A stretch of DNA of 64,000 bases. It comes from Chthoniobacteraceae bacterium (GTDB lineage: Bacteria > Verrucomicrobiota > Verrucomicrobiia > Chthoniobacterales > Chthoniobacteraceae). The notes under the pieces were generated by a model. The model had not been told where the DNA came from, did no database searches, and saw nothing but the letters and a program-made list of their open reading frames with translations. Every line of letters begins with the position of its first letter. The first letter of the stretch is position 1. Positions 40,349 through 51,289 of this stretch are shown here, in pieces. Made by a program: the position numbers and the translations under genes. Where the stretch lies: contig JBEBGD010000008.1 of NCBI GenBank assembly GCA_040081625.1, positions 1 through 64,000 on the forward strand, in the 5' to 3' direction.

Positions 40349-42823
40349 ATGAACACACCCGATCATGCCACGTCCGCCGCGCCGACTCTTGCCGAACGCG
40401 TCTATCCCGACGCATTGGCGCACGCCGAGTCGGAGCTGTTGAAGCGACGCAGGGAGAAAGCCGGAGTCGTGGCGTCGGAAAAAGCATCACCGCGCGAGGC
40501 GATGAACGACGCAACCGGGCTCGCGTTCTCGGGCGGCGGGATTCGCAGTGCGACGTTCTGTCTGGGCGTGGCGCAAGTGCTCGCGCGGCGCGGCTTGCTC
40601 GGAAAGTTCGATGTGCTCTCGACCGTCTCGGGCGGCGGCTATTGCGGCAGCTTCATCGGGAAGCTTTTCCAGCAACGCGGCGATCCTGTCGCCGCGAGCG
40701 GGGAGATCGCGAACAACCAATCGTGGCCGGTGCGATGGCTGCGCGAGAGCGGCTACTATCTCGCGCCCGGCGGCAGTGCGGACTCGTGGGTGATCCTCTC
40801 GCTGCTCCTGCGCAATTGGTTGGCGATCCACGTGGTGCTCGCGTCATATCTTCTCCTGCCTTTCCTTTTCGCCGCAGCCGCGCGGCGCGGGCTGTGGAAC
40901 TGCCCGGCGTGGGTCGAGTGCGAGAAATGGTTTGTCCCCGGACTCGATCCGGGGGTGTTCGCGGTCAGTCCGTGGTTCGTGCTCCTCGCGGCCATTGGCG
41001 CGCTCATGATGTTCTTGCCGGGCGCGCTCTTCTGGCTCACGCAATGGCGCGCGCTGTTCGGGGACGTGGACGCTCAGGAGAAGGCGCAGTCGGGATTCAC
41101 GCGATGGCTGGCCTTTGGCGCGAAGCTCGCCGCGGGCGTGCTGCTCGTGGCGGTGATGGATACCGCGGCGAGTTGGATCCACCACGCCTTCGAAAAGTCG
41201 CCGGGGGTCATGGGCGGCTTCGCTGCGGTCTATGCGGCGGCGGCGGCTGGGTTCGGATGGGTGCAGAAAGCCGCCGGCAAACTCTCCGCGCTCGCGGCAA
41301 AGCCGCAGAAGAACCCGTCGATGTGGACCATCGCAAAGATCGCCGGCTTTGCGTGGGCGGCGTTGTTCTGGCTGCTGCTCGCGGTGGCCGGGCAGGCGGT
41401 CTTGTGGAGTGGGGGGGCGGAAATGAGCGACCTGGCCGGGCTGGGCAAACAGTGGTCGTGCATCGCCGCGCTCGCGTTCGGTGCGCTGATCGGCGTGTGG
41501 CTGCTGGCCAAGGTGTATCCCTTCGTGAACCTCTCCTCGCTTCACCATTTCTATAGCGCGCGGCTCGGGCGCGCCTACCTCGGCGCATCCAATGACGAGC
41601 GCAAAAGCGAGCGGCTGCCGGTGACCGAACCGCACCGAAGCGACGATTGCGAATGGCGCGCCTATCGCCCGCACGAGCACGGCGGCCCGCTGCACATCAT
41701 CAACACGACGCTCAACGAAACCGTCTCCGGAAAATCGCAGATCGAGCAGATCGACCGAAAGGGGCTCAACTTCGCGCTCGGGCCGGCCGGGCTGAGCGCC
41801 AGCGGCGGACATCACGCGCTATGGGTGTCGGACCCCGCGACGCCAGCTGGATCGGATAAGATCGCCGGGATCGCGCTGCCGGTCTCGAACGGGAAGCCGC
41901 CTTTCGCTGTTTTCCCCGCCGAAACCAAAAACGTCGAAAAGCTCTGGCTCAGCGATTGGGTCGGCATCAGCGGCGCGGCCTTTTCGACCGGCATGGGCGC
42001 GAATACCAGCGTGGGCCTGAGCCTGCTGCTGGGTTTTGCGAATGTGCGACTGGGCTATTGGTGGGACAGCGGCATCGAGCATCCGTCGGACGCGAACGGC
42101 AATTCGCGCAAGCTCGCCGAGCTTCTCGCGCGCCTGTTTCCCGCGCCGGGCAGCCTGCTCGATGAATTGCTGGCGCGCTTCCACGGTCCGCAGCGCCGGC
42201 GCTGGTATCTCTCCGACGGCGGGCATTTTGAAAACACGGCGTGCTACGAGCTGATCCGCCGGCGCGTCCGCTTCATCCTTTGCATCGACTGTGGGCAGGA
42301 CGAAGCGATGACCTTCGAGGACATGGCCAATCTCGTCCGCAAGGCGCGGATCGACTTCGGCGCGGAAATCGAATTCGTGCCGGAGGGCGAAGTGGCCGCC
42401 GCGCTGGCGCCGCCGCACGTGCCGGCGGAATTCGCGACGCTCAACAAGGAATGGATCGGCCTTCCGGACGGCTTCGAATCGCTCGCCGCGAAGGATGGCG
42501 CCGCGGTGAAAACGTCCGGCAAATGCCACGCGCTGCTTGCACGGGTCTTCTACGATCGGAAGCCAGGTGAGCCGCGTGGGCTGAGCGAACCGGGCACCGT
42601 GATCGTCTTCATCAAGCCGACACTGACCGGCGACGAGCCGCTCGACATCCGCCAATACCACAGCGCGCAGCCGTCATTCCCGCAGCAGACGACGATGGAT
42701 CAGTTTTTCGACGAATCGCAGTGGGAAAGCTACCGGCGGCTCGGCGAACACATCGCCGAATCGCTGATCCCGGTGCCAGCCGCGCCGAGCGCCCCGGCCG
42801 GCGCGACTGGAGCCGATTCGTAG
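40349..42823 (+). CDS. Membrane-embedded patatin/cPLA2-like phospholipase
   Basis: GLAFSGGGIRSA, LSTVSGGGY (Ser), LSDGGHFEN (Asp), with several TM helices between the motifs. Confidence 0.82.
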   Translation: MNTPDHATSAAPTLAERVYPDALAHAESELLKRRREKAGVVASEKASPREAMNDATGLAFSGGGIRSATFCLGVAQVLARRGLLGKFDVLSTVSGGGYCGSFIGKLFQQRGDPVAASGEIANNQSWPVRWLRESGYYLAPGGSADSWVILSLLLRNWLAIHVVLASYLLLPFLFAAAARRGLWNCPAWVECEKWFVPGLDPGVFAVSPWFVLLAAIGALMMFLPGALFWLTQWRALFGDVDAQEKAQSGFTRWLAFGAKLAAGVLLVAVMDTAASWIHHAFEKSPGVMGGFAAVYAAAAAGFGWVQKAAGKLSALAAKPQKNPSMWTIAKIAGFAWAALFWLLLAVAGQAVLWSGGAEMSDLAGLGKQWSCIAALAFGALIGVWLLAKVYPFVNLSSLHHFYSARLGRAYLGASNDERKSERLPVTEPHRSDDCEWRAYRPHEHGGPLHIINTTLNETVSGKSQIEQIDRKGLNFALGPAGLSASGGHHALWVSDPATPAGSDKIAGIALPVSNGKPPFAVFPAETKNVEKLWLSDWVGISGAAFSTGMGANTSVGLSLLLGFANVRLGYWWDSGIEHPSDANGNSRKLAELLARLFPAPGSLLDELLARFHGPQRRRWYLSDGGHFENTACYELIRRRVRFILCIDCGQDEAMTFEDMANLVRKARIDFGAEIEFVPEGEVAAALAPPHVPAEFATLNKEWIGLPDGFESLAAKDGAAVKTSGKCHALLARVFYDRKPGEPRGLSEPGTVIVFIKPTLTGDEPLDIRQYHSAQPSFPQQTTMDQFFDESQWESYRRLGEHIAESLIPVPAAPSAPAGATGADS

Positions 42824-42905
42824 GATCTCGGTAGTTTCCCTGGCGCGTTCCCAGCAGTCGCCCACCCGCCGGGGTGGCACGGCATGGGCTAAATGATCCG
42901 CCGTC

Positions 42906-43019
42906 ATGAATACCAACCCCTGCACATCCGCCCTTCAATTCGATGCCGCCCGCGTGGCGCTTTTCCTGAACGTCTTCGTTCGCGTCCCGAAACGCGCCCG
43001 CGCCCGTCGCCGGCCGTAA
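42906..43019 (+). CDS. Possible 37-aa small protein
   Basis: MNTNPCTSALQFDAARVALFLNVFVRVPKRARARRRP; preceded by sigma54-like TGGCACGGCATGGGCT at 42875-42890. Confidence 0.3.
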   Translation: MNTNPCTSALQFDAARVALFLNVFVRVPKRARARRRP

Positions 43020-43109
43020 GCCTCGCCCAATCAGCCCGAAAGGCTCGTCTTCGCCAGGGACGGCGACGACGTTGCTCGCGGGTTCGGAACGAGTGACGGC
43101 GCTTCGTGC

Positions 43110-45194
43110 CTATCGGGCGAGACTCTTTTCAGCCAGCTTGCGGGCGCGATTCCAATACATCGTCTCGTGGCGCGGGCGGGTGATGTTTCCGTGCCGGTCG
43201 CGTTCATCCTTGATCGGCACATCGCCGCCGTGCCATTCGCGGAGCAGGAGCAAATTGTAGTATAGGCGCTGCATTGCCTCGGCTGGCGTGTCTTTCGTGG
43301 CGCCCTTCTGGCGAAGAGTTGCGCGCTCCTTGCCCTCGCTTTCACGCCACGTGTGGAGGCCGAAGACGCTCCAAACGCTGCGCGCGCCGTCGAAATAGTC
43401 GTTTGGCGCCTTCCCAAAGTAGAGGCTGCCGTCTGGCGGGTTCTCGGTCTGGAGTCCCCGTGGCGGCGGCTTCGCGCCCTCGATCTCATCGAGAGTCACG
43501 TCCAAGGCGCTGCTGGCTCGGAGAAGGCCGGCGCCGAGGTATTTGTCGGCTTTCTGCTTGTCGCCGCGGGAGGCGCTCTTGAGCAGCGCGTGATAGACGG
43601 CCTCGGCCTTGCGCCAGTTGGACCAGTATCCCTTCGCTTCGAGTTCGGCGCGGTTCTTTTGCAGCCACAGCGCGGCGGCGGCGGCGACTTGCGGTGTGGC
43701 GGCGGAAGTGCCTGCGCCATCGAGATCGACCCCGTCGGCGACGCGCTTGCCTTTCACGTCGCGGACGCTGATCCACGGGATGTTTGGCGCATACGCCGCG
43801 ATGGGGTGCGGCCGGAGCTGGCCGAGGCGCTTGAGCTGGCTCGGGTCGGGTTTGCGATTGGGCCGGAGAAGGACCGTGCTGGTGCCGTCGGCGCCGTGGC
43901 TGCCGCGAGCGGCCCATTTGGCGATGCCGGTGATGTCGCCCAGCAGCCGCCACAGGCTGTTGCTCGCGTAGCTGCGTTGGTCGGCGGTGACGCCGGTGAC
44001 TCCGACGACGCGGCGGAACGCAGCGGGATAGACCGGGCTGGCCGGGACGATGATTCCGTGAGGTGCGAAGGGGTCGCAGATGAGCGAGAAGAAATCGCCT
44101 TCCGCCGCGAACATCGCGGTGCCGCGTTCGTAGGCGGCATTCACCGCATCGACCCAGGCCTGCGTCGGCGCACCACCGTGACTCATGGAGATGATGTCGC
44201 ATTTCCGCCGCCGGCTCGCGTAGTCGATGGAATAGGCGAGCTCCGCGGTGCTGAGGGAGATGACCCAAGGCGCGACCTTCACCGGCACGACGGTGGCGTG
44301 CGGCGCGCCGCCGAGCCAGCCGTAATACTCTTTGATGCGGCCGCCTGGCACAGTCTTCTCGTCGATCGCCACCCAACTCCCGGCGAGGATGCCTGCCGTG
44401 CCGAGGCCGTGCGAACTGCCGGTCAGCTCGGGCGGAATGGGGTTCGGTGGGTTCTCACCGCGGCTTTGCCTTTGGGCGAAGTCGAGCAAGCCCACCGCAT
44501 TGGCCAGCCGCCGGCCGCCTTCGAGGTTCATCGGGCTGGCGGGATGCCGGGCGTCGAGGCCATTGTCGAGGTGGCCGATGCGGATGCCTTCGCCAGCCTT
44601 GCCCAGCCGCTCCCGCGCTTTCGCGAGTTGCGAATGGTCTTCATCGAGATGCCACATCGGATCGATGATGAATTTGCCGGGATGCCGCGGGTCGGGCTTG
44701 CGGGCGTCGGACCACACTTTCAGCGTCGGTTTGTCGATCACCAACCGCACACCCTCTCCGAATTCTGACTTCACCCGCTCGCCGCGCGCAGGCTCGGGCG
44801 GTTGTTTGGCAGCGACCTGGCTGAAGCTGCGGTTTGGCTCGATGAGCAGCGGGTAACGCCCGAAGGCGCCTTTCGTAGCCGCGGCGATCTCGGCCGCGCG
44901 GGAGAAGATCGTCCGCCAATACGCGCCGAGGCGGCTGGTCACAATCGGCTTCTGGTCATTCCACGCGACATACCACTGGCCGCGGCGCTCCTCGTCCTTC
45001 GGCGCTTCGAGCACGTGGAGGAACTTCCAGCCGTCGCTGCTGCCGGCGGTGATCGGGGTGTCGATCGGCACCTTGACGAGCACTGTTTTTTTCAGGCTCA
45101 GGGATTCGCCGATGCCCGCGCAGCCGCAGAGCAGCAGCGTCCAGAGCGCGAGCGTCACCGAACTGGTGCGAGTGAGGAATGCGAGTCGCTTCAT
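43110..45194 (-). CDS. S8 subtilisin-like serine protease, probable lipoprotein
   Basis: LLLCGC lipobox-like motif, IGHLDNG (Asp), SHGLGTAG (His), GTSAATPQVA (Ser). Confidence 0.82.
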   Translation of the reverse strand: MKRLAFLTRTSSVTLALWTLLLCGCAGIGESLSLKKTVLVKVPIDTPITAGSSDGWKFLHVLEAPKDEERRGQWYVAWNDQKPIVTSRLGAYWRTIFSRAAEIAAATKGAFGRYPLLIEPNRSFSQVAAKQPPEPARGERVKSEFGEGVRLVIDKPTLKVWSDARKPDPRHPGKFIIDPMWHLDEDHSQLAKARERLGKAGEGIRIGHLDNGLDARHPASPMNLEGGRRLANAVGLLDFAQRQSRGENPPNPIPPELTGSSHGLGTAGILAGSWVAIDEKTVPGGRIKEYYGWLGGAPHATVVPVKVAPWVISLSTAELAYSIDYASRRRKCDIISMSHGGAPTQAWVDAVNAAYERGTAMFAAEGDFFSLICDPFAPHGIIVPASPVYPAAFRRVVGVTGVTADQRSYASNSLWRLLGDITGIAKWAARGSHGADGTSTVLLRPNRKPDPSQLKRLGQLRPHPIAAYAPNIPWISVRDVKGKRVADGVDLDGAGTSAATPQVAAAAALWLQKNRAELEAKGYWSNWRKAEAVYHALLKSASRGDKQKADKYLGAGLLRASSALDVTLDEIEGAKPPPRGLQTENPPDGSLYFGKAPNDYFDGARSVWSVFGLHTWRESEGKERATLRQKGATKDTPAEAMQRLYYNLLLLREWHGGDVPIKDERDRHGNITRPRHETMYWNRARKLAEKSLAR

Positions 45195-45270
45195 GCCGTC
45201 GCGTGTAGCGGCACACACCGCCGCCCGACAATCCATTTTTGGCGGGTTCCCCTCGCGGATCGGCGTCCTG

Positions 45271-47844
45271 TCAGGCGAACACGATCTTCCCGTCGCGGGC
45301 GTCGGCGGTGATCGTCTGGCCCTCGCGCAGTTTGCCGTCGAGGATGTCGAGGGCGAGGGGATCGAGCAGTTCGCGCTGGATCACCCGCTTGAGCGGGCGC
45401 GCGCCATAGACGGGATCGTAGCCTTCGCGGGCGAGGTGGACTTTCGCCGCGTCGGTGAGGACGAGCGCGAGCTTCTGGTCGGCGAGACGACTCGTGAGCC
45501 GCGCGAGCTGGATCTCGACGATGTGCGTGAGGTCGGCGTCGGTCAGGCGGTCGAAAGTGACGATTTCATCGACGCGATTGAGGAACTCGGGGCGGAAGTG
45601 GCCGCGCAGCGCTTCCATCGCGCGGGCTTCGCGCTGCTCGGCGTTTTCGGCATCGAGGATCGCGGCGCTCCCGATGTTGCTCGTCATGATGATGACGGTG
45701 TTTTTGAAATCGACCGTGCGGCCCTGGCCGTCGGTGATGCGGCCGTCGTCGAGCACCTGCAGCAGCACGTTGAAGGTGTCGTGGTGCGCCTTCTCGATCT
45801 CGTCGAAAAGGATGACGGCATACGGCCGGCGGCGCACGGCTTCGGTGAGCTGGCCGCCTTCCTCGAAGCCGACGTAGCCCGGAGGCGCGCCGATCAGTCG
45901 CGCGACGCTGTGCTTCTCCATGTATTCGCTCATGTCGATGCGGACCATTGCGTTCTCGTCGTCGAAGAGGAACTCGGCGAGCGCGCGGGAGAGTTCTGTT
46001 TTTCCGACGCCGGTCGGGCCTAGGAAAATGAAGCTGCCGATCGGGCGCTGCGGATCGCCGAGGCCCGAGCGTGCGCGGCGCACGGCGTTGCTCACGGCGG
46101 TGATCGCTTTCTTCTGCCCGATCACTCGCTTCGCGAGGCGCTGCTCCATCTTCACGAGCTTCTCGCGCTCGCCTTCGCGGAGATTGGAAACGGGGATGCC
46201 CGTCCACGCGCTGACGACTGCGGCGATGTCGTCCTCAGTGACTTCCTCCTTGAGCATCGCGCGGCCGTCCTGTGCCTTTTCGGCGAGCTTCGCATTGTGC
46301 GCGTCGATCTGTTTCTGCACGGCGGGGATGTTGCCGTATTGGATTTCGCTGGCCGTGCTGAGGTCGCCGCGGCGCTGCGCGCGCTCGAGGTCGATCTTCA
46401 ATTGCTCGAGCTGCTCGTTGAGCTTGCGCTGCACGTCGATCACGGCCTTCTCGCCCTGCCACTGCGCCTTCATCGCGGCGCTCTTTTCGCGCAGCGCGGC
46501 GAGGTCCTTCTCGATGCGGGTGAGGCGTTCCTTCGACGCGGCGTCCTTCTCCTTTTTCAAGGCCTGGCGCTCCATTTCGAGCTGCATGACCTCGCGCTCG
46601 ACGACGTCGATCTCGGTCGGCATCGACTCGATCTCGATCTTCAAGCGGCTCGCCGCTTCATCGACGAGATCGACGGCTTTGTCGGGCAGGAACCGGTCGG
46701 CGATGTAGCGGTGCGAAAGCGTCGCGGCGGCGACGAGCGCTGCGTCCTGGATGCGCACACCGTGGTGGACCTCGTAGCGTTCCTTCAGCCCGCGGAGGAT
46801 CGCGATGGTGTCGGGCACGCTCGGCTCCTCGACGAAGACGGGCTGGAAGCGCCGCTCGAGCGCGGGATCTTTCTCGATGTGCTTGCGATACTCGTCGAGC
46901 GTGGTCGCGCCGACGGTGCGCAGTTCGCCGCGCGCGAGCGCGGGCTTGAGGATGTTGCCCGCGTCCATCGAGCCCTCGGCCTTGCCCGCGCCGACGATGG
47001 TGTGCAGTTCGTCGATGAAAAGGATGATGCCGCCCTCGGCGTCGGTGACTTCCTTCACGAAGGCCTTGAGCCGGTCCTCGAACTCGCCGCGGAACTTCGC
47101 GCCGGCGATCATCGCGCCGAGATCCATCGCAATGAGCCGCTTATCTTTCAGCGAATCGGGCACGTCGCCCGCGATGATGCGGCGCGCGAGGCCCTCGACG
47201 ATCGCCGTCTTGCCCACGCCGGGTTCGCCGATGAGCACGGGATTGTTTTTCGTCCGGCGCGAGAGCACCTGCATCACGCGGCGGATTTCGTTGTCGCGTC
47301 CGATGACGGGATCGATTTTTCCCTTCCGCGCGAGCGCGGTGAGATCGCGCCCGTATTTTTCGAGCGTCTGGTATTTGTCCTCGGGATTCTGGTCGGTCAC
47401 GCGCTGCGACCCTCGCACCTGCTGGAGCGCCTGCATGAGCTTTGCGCGGGCGATGCCGGTTTCCTTGAGCAGCTTGCCGCAGCCGACGCCGCTGTCGCTG
47501 AGCGCGAGCAAGTAGTGCTCGGCGGAGAGGTATTCATCCTTGAGCCCGGCCATCTCCTTCTCGGCTGCGCGCAGGATCGCGAGCAGCTCGGCGGAGGCGT
47601 TCGGCTGCGCAGCTCCGCCGTGGACCTGCGCGCGGTTGCTGATTGCTGCTGCGAGTTTTCCGCGCAGTGCGCCGACGTTTGCACCGACTTTTTCAAAGAG
47701 CGGCGCGGCGAGTCCGTCGGGCTGGTCGAGCAGCGCGAGCAGGACGTGTTCGTTGTCGAGTTCGGAATGGCTGCGGTCGGCTGCTGCGGACTGGGCGGTC
47801 TGCAGCGCTTCCTGCATTTTCTGGGTGAGACGGTCGAGGCGCAT
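45271..47844 (-). CDS. clpB: Chaperone/disaggregase ClpB
   Basis: Two AAA+ modules ([16 protein letters not shown]), coiled-coil M domain, [19 protein letters not shown]. Confidence 0.97.
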   Translation of the reverse strand: MRLDRLTQKMQEALQTAQSAAADRSHSELDNEHVLLALLDQPDGLAAPLFEKVGANVGALRGKLAAAISNRAQVHGGAAQPNASAELLAILRAAEKEMAGLKDEYLSAEHYLLALSDSGVGCGKLLKETGIARAKLMQALQQVRGSQRVTDQNPEDKYQTLEKYGRDLTALARKGKIDPVIGRDNEIRRVMQVLSRRTKNNPVLIGEPGVGKTAIVEGLARRIIAGDVPDSLKDKRLIAMDLGAMIAGAKFRGEFEDRLKAFVKEVTDAEGGIILFIDELHTIVGAGKAEGSMDAGNILKPALARGELRTVGATTLDEYRKHIEKDPALERRFQPVFVEEPSVPDTIAILRGLKERYEVHHGVRIQDAALVAAATLSHRYIADRFLPDKAVDLVDEAASRLKIEIESMPTEIDVVEREVMQLEMERQALKKEKDAASKERLTRIEKDLAALREKSAAMKAQWQGEKAVIDVQRKLNEQLEQLKIDLERAQRRGDLSTASEIQYGNIPAVQKQIDAHNAKLAEKAQDGRAMLKEEVTEDDIAAVVSAWTGIPVSNLREGEREKLVKMEQRLAKRVIGQKKAITAVSNAVRRARSGLGDPQRPIGSFIFLGPTGVGKTELSRALAEFLFDDENAMVRIDMSEYMEKHSVARLIGAPPGYVGFEEGGQLTEAVRRRPYAVILFDEIEKAHHDTFNVLLQVLDDGRITDGQGRTVDFKNTVIIMTSNIGSAAILDAENAEQREARAMEALRGHFRPEFLNRVDEIVTFDRLTDADLTHIVEIQLARLTSRLADQKLALVLTDAAKVHLAREGYDPVYGARPLKRVIQRELLDPLALDILDGKLREGQTITADARDGKIVFA

Positions 47845-48152
47845 GGTGAAGCGGATCGTTAGCAGGTCCTTGTCCGGGTCGTGTTACACTGACAAGTCCG
47901 AACGCAGCGGGCCATGCTGGCGCGCCTGCCCGTTCCAGCGCGAGGCCGCGTGTCGCATCGCCGGCGCTCCGCGAGCGTGGCGGACGGGTTCCCTCGCCAG
48001 TCGCAGCCGCCGCTTGACTAGGACGATCAAGACTGGTCCATCAAGCGACCGCCAAACCGAGCGCCTCCCTCGAATCCTCCCGTGAACCTTTTCCTCATTG
48101 TCAAAACCGGATCGCAGTGCGGGCATGTCATCCGGGATTCGACGCCGATCCG

Positions 48153-48935
48153 ATGAAAGTCGTCATTCTCTGCGGCGGAAAGGGAACCCGGCTCCGGGAA
48201 GAAACCGAGTATCGACCGAAGCCAATGGTGCCGATCGGCGACCGGCCCATCCTCTGGCACATCATGAAGGGGTATGCGGTGCATGGCTTCAAGGAGTTCA
48301 TCCTTTGCCTGGGTTCCAAGGGCGAGATGATCAAGGAGTATTTCCGGAACTACCAATGGATGGCCACCGACGTGACGTTGAGCCTAGGCCCGAAACCCGC
48401 CGTCCATTTCCACGATCGCCACGATGAGGAGGACTGGTCGGTGACGCTGGCCGACACCGGCCTCGAGACGATGACCGGCGGACGACTCAATCGCATCCGG
48501 CGTTATCTCGGAAGCGACGAGACGTTCCTCTTCACCTACGGCGACGGCGTCGGGAATATCGACATCCCGGCGGCAGTCGCGTTTCACCGTGCGCATGGGA
48601 AGCTGCTCACGCTCACCGCGGTGCATCCGCCGGGGCGGTTTGGCGAACTCGGGATCGCGCCGGGTGGCGTCGTGCGCGAGTTCGACGAAAAGCCGCAGAC
48701 CGAGGGCGGCTGGATCAATGGCGGCTTTTTCGTCGCCTCATCCCGCGTGTTCGATTTCATCCCCGACGACGATCAGGCGGTCTTCGAGCAGGAAGCCGTG
48801 CGCGCGATCGCCGCGGCCGGCGAGTTGCGCGCGTTCGAGCACCGCGGCTTTTGGCAGCCGATGGATACGCACCGCGAATTCCTGCTCCTGGACCGCCTTT
48901 GGACCGAGGCCAGGGCGCCGTGGAAGACGTGGTGA
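48153..48935 (+). CDS. rfbF: Glucose-1-phosphate cytidylyltransferase
   Basis: LCGGKGTRLREET, PKPMV, TMTGGRL, TYGDG, FWQPMDT. Confidence 0.92.
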   Translation: MKVVILCGGKGTRLREETEYRPKPMVPIGDRPILWHIMKGYAVHGFKEFILCLGSKGEMIKEYFRNYQWMATDVTLSLGPKPAVHFHDRHDEEDWSVTLADTGLETMTGGRLNRIRRYLGSDETFLFTYGDGVGNIDIPAAVAFHRAHGKLLTLTAVHPPGRFGELGIAPGGVVREFDEKPQTEGGWINGGFFVASSRVFDFIPDDDQAVFEQEAVRAIAAAGELRAFEHRGFWQPMDTHREFLLLDRLWTEARAPWKTW

Positions 48936-48937
48936 CG

Positions 48938-50056
48938 ATGCCTTTCGGCGATGTCTTTCGCGGCAGGCGCGTGCTGCTCACCGGCCACACCGGATTCAAG
49001 GGCGCGTGGCTCGCCGAGTGGCTGCTGACGCTCGGCGCGGAAGTCACAGGATTCGCGCTGGCGCCGCCGACGGAGCCGTCGCTCTTCGTGCAACTGGGCC
49101 TCGAAGCGCGACTCGATCACCATCCCGGCGACATCCGCGACGAAGCGGCGGTTCGCCGGGTCGTGGACGATGCGCGGCCTGAGTTCGTGTTCCACCTCGC
49201 GGCACAGTCGCTCGTGCGCCTTTCCTACGCGCAGCCGGTCGGGACGTTTGCCACCAACGCGATGGGCACGGCGCATGTGCTCGAAGCGATTCGTCTCGCG
49301 GGCCGGCCGTGTGTCGTCGTGAGCGTGACTTCCGACAAATGCTACGAACCTCGCGAAGGGTCCGCCGCCTTCTGCGAAGACGACCGGCTCGGCGGGCACG
49401 ATCCCTACAGCTCGAGCAAGGCCGCCGCCGAGCTCGTCATCGCGGCTTACCAGCGCTCATTTTTTCAAGCGGATCGCGCTCCCGGCGTGGCACTCGCCAG
49501 CGGGCGCGCGGGGAATGTCGTCGGGGGAGGGGATTGGGCGGCGGATCGGCTCGTCCCGGATGCCATGGCCGCGCTCGATCGCGGGGTGCCGATCCCGGTG
49601 CGCAATCCGCTATCCACGCGGCCGTGGCAGCACGTGCTCGAGCCGCTGGCTGGCTATCTCGCGCTCGCCGCGGCGCTCGCGGAAGCGCAGCGCGAGAACG
49701 ATCGCGCGCGAGTCGCCGACCTCGCGTCATCCTTCAATTTTGGCTCGCACCCCGATTCCACCCGCAGCGTGCGCGATGTCGTGGCCGAGATTTTGAAGCA
49801 CCGCACCGGCACATGGAATGCGACCGGCGATGCGAACGCCGTGCATGAAGCCGTGACGCTGAACCTCGCGATCGACAAGGCCGCCGACCTGCTCGGTTGG
49901 ACGCCGGTGTGGGGGTTCGAGCGCGCGATTGCGGAGACGGTTCGATGGTATCGCAGCGCGGTGGATTCCGATCCCGATGAGCTGACGCGGGAGCAGATCC
50001 GCGCCTACTTGCATGAAGCGTCCGCAGCCGGGCTGCGGTGGGCGGTCGGGCGATGA
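48938..50056 (+). CDS. rfbG: CDP-glucose 4,6-dehydratase
   Basis: TGHTGFKGAWL, HLAAQSLVR, TSDKCY, DPYSSSK, RAGNVVGGGDW, RPWQHVLEPL. Confidence 0.93.
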   Translation: MPFGDVFRGRRVLLTGHTGFKGAWLAEWLLTLGAEVTGFALAPPTEPSLFVQLGLEARLDHHPGDIRDEAAVRRVVDDARPEFVFHLAAQSLVRLSYAQPVGTFATNAMGTAHVLEAIRLAGRPCVVVSVTSDKCYEPREGSAAFCEDDRLGGHDPYSSSKAAAELVIAAYQRSFFQADRAPGVALASGRAGNVVGGGDWAADRLVPDAMAALDRGVPIPVRNPLSTRPWQHVLEPLAGYLALAAALAEAQRENDRARVADLASSFNFGSHPDSTRSVRDVVAEILKHRTGTWNATGDANAVHEAVTLNLAIDKAADLLGWTPVWGFERAIAETVRWYRSAVDSDPDELTREQIRAYLHEASAAGLRWAVGR

Positions 50057-51282
50057 GCGGGCCATTCCGCTGCCTTTCGTGTGGCAGTCCGCACGGGCGC
50101 ACCGTCCTCGATCTCGGTTCGCAACCGCTCGCCAACAATCTCCTGCGGCCCGCCGATCTCGGCAAAACTGAGCCGCGCTTTCCGCTGCGCGTCGCCGTCT
50201 GCGAAGCCTGCTGGCTGCTGCAAATCACGGAGGTCGTCCCGCCGGTCGAGCTGTTCTCCGAGTATCCTTACTTCTCGTCGTTTTCGGATTCCTTCGTCCG
50301 GCACGCGCGTGCGGCGGCTGAGCGCTACGCGCGGGAGTTTGCCCTCGGCCCCGCGAGCTCTGTCGTCGAGATCGCGAGCAATGACGGGTGCCTGTTGCGA
50401 AACTTCATCCGGCTCGGCGTGCCCTGCCTCGGCATCGAACCGGCAGCCAACGTCGCCGACGTGGCGCGCGCTCACGGCGTGGAAACCATCGCCGATTTTT
50501 TTGGCGGAAAACTCGCCGAACGAATTGCGGACGAGGACGGACCAGCCGACCTGATCCTCGGCAACAACGTGCTCGCGCACGCGCCGGACACGAACGATTT
50601 CGTCGCGGGCCTCGCGCGACTGTTGCGGCGTGGCGGACGCATCGTGCTGGAGTTCCCCTATGCCGTCGATCTCGTCGCGCAGACCGAGTTCGACACGATC
50701 TATCACGAGCACGTTTTTTACTTCACGCTGACGTCGTTGCAGCCGCTCTTCGCGCGGCACGCGCTCGAGATTATTCATGTCGAGCACCTGGACATTCACG
50801 GCGGCTCGCTCCGCATTTTCGTCGGCCATCCGGGTGATCACGCGCGCGAAACTTCAGTCGGCGGGTTCCTCGCGCGGGAAGCGGCGCTCGGCGTCGGGAG
50901 CATCGCGCTGTATGAAAACTTCGCGGCGCACGTGGAGCGCGTCCGGCACGAACTCCTCGCGTTGCTCGCGAGACTCCGCGCCGGGGGAAAGTCGATCGCC
51001 GCCTACGGCGCATCGGCCAAGGGCAGCACGCTGCTGAACTTTCTCCAGCCGCCCGCCGGCACGATCGAGTTCATCGTGGACCGCAGCCCGCACAAGCAGG
51101 GCGCGCTGAGTCCCGGCCTGCATCTTCCGATTCTCCCGCCCGAAACTCTGCTCGCGCGGCAGCCGGATTTTGCGCTGCTGCTGACGTGGAATTTTGCCGG
51201 CGAAATCTTCGATCAACAGGCGGAATACCGCGCGCGGGGCGGCCGCTTCATCGTGCCGATCCCGCAGGTGACGATAAGATGA
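50053..51282 (+). CDS. NDP-hexose 3-C-methyltransferase (Zn-binding, SAM-dependent)
   Basis: CLSC...CEAC Zn site, EIASNDG, IYHEH, HGGSLR, YGASAKG, LLTWNFA. Confidence 0.9.
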   Translation: MSGPFRCLSCGSPHGRTVLDLGSQPLANNLLRPADLGKTEPRFPLRVAVCEACWLLQITEVVPPVELFSEYPYFSSFSDSFVRHARAAAERYAREFALGPASSVVEIASNDGCLLRNFIRLGVPCLGIEPAANVADVARAHGVETIADFFGGKLAERIADEDGPADLILGNNVLAHAPDTNDFVAGLARLLRRGGRIVLEFPYAVDLVAQTEFDTIYHEHVFYFTLTSLQPLFARHALEIIHVEHLDIHGGSLRIFVGHPGDHARETSVGGFLAREAALGVGSIALYENFAAHVERVRHELLALLARLRAGGKSIAAYGASAKGSTLLNFLQPPAGTIEFIVDRSPHKQGALSPGLHLPILPPETLLARQPDFALLLTWNFAGEIFDQQAEYRARGGRFIVPIPQVTIR

Positions 51283-51289
51283 CCGCGCC

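Noticed and set aside
47850..47895. CIRCE (HrcA) operator upstream of clpB
   Set aside because: Only TTAGCA matches; there is no correctly spaced GAGTGCTAA half-site.
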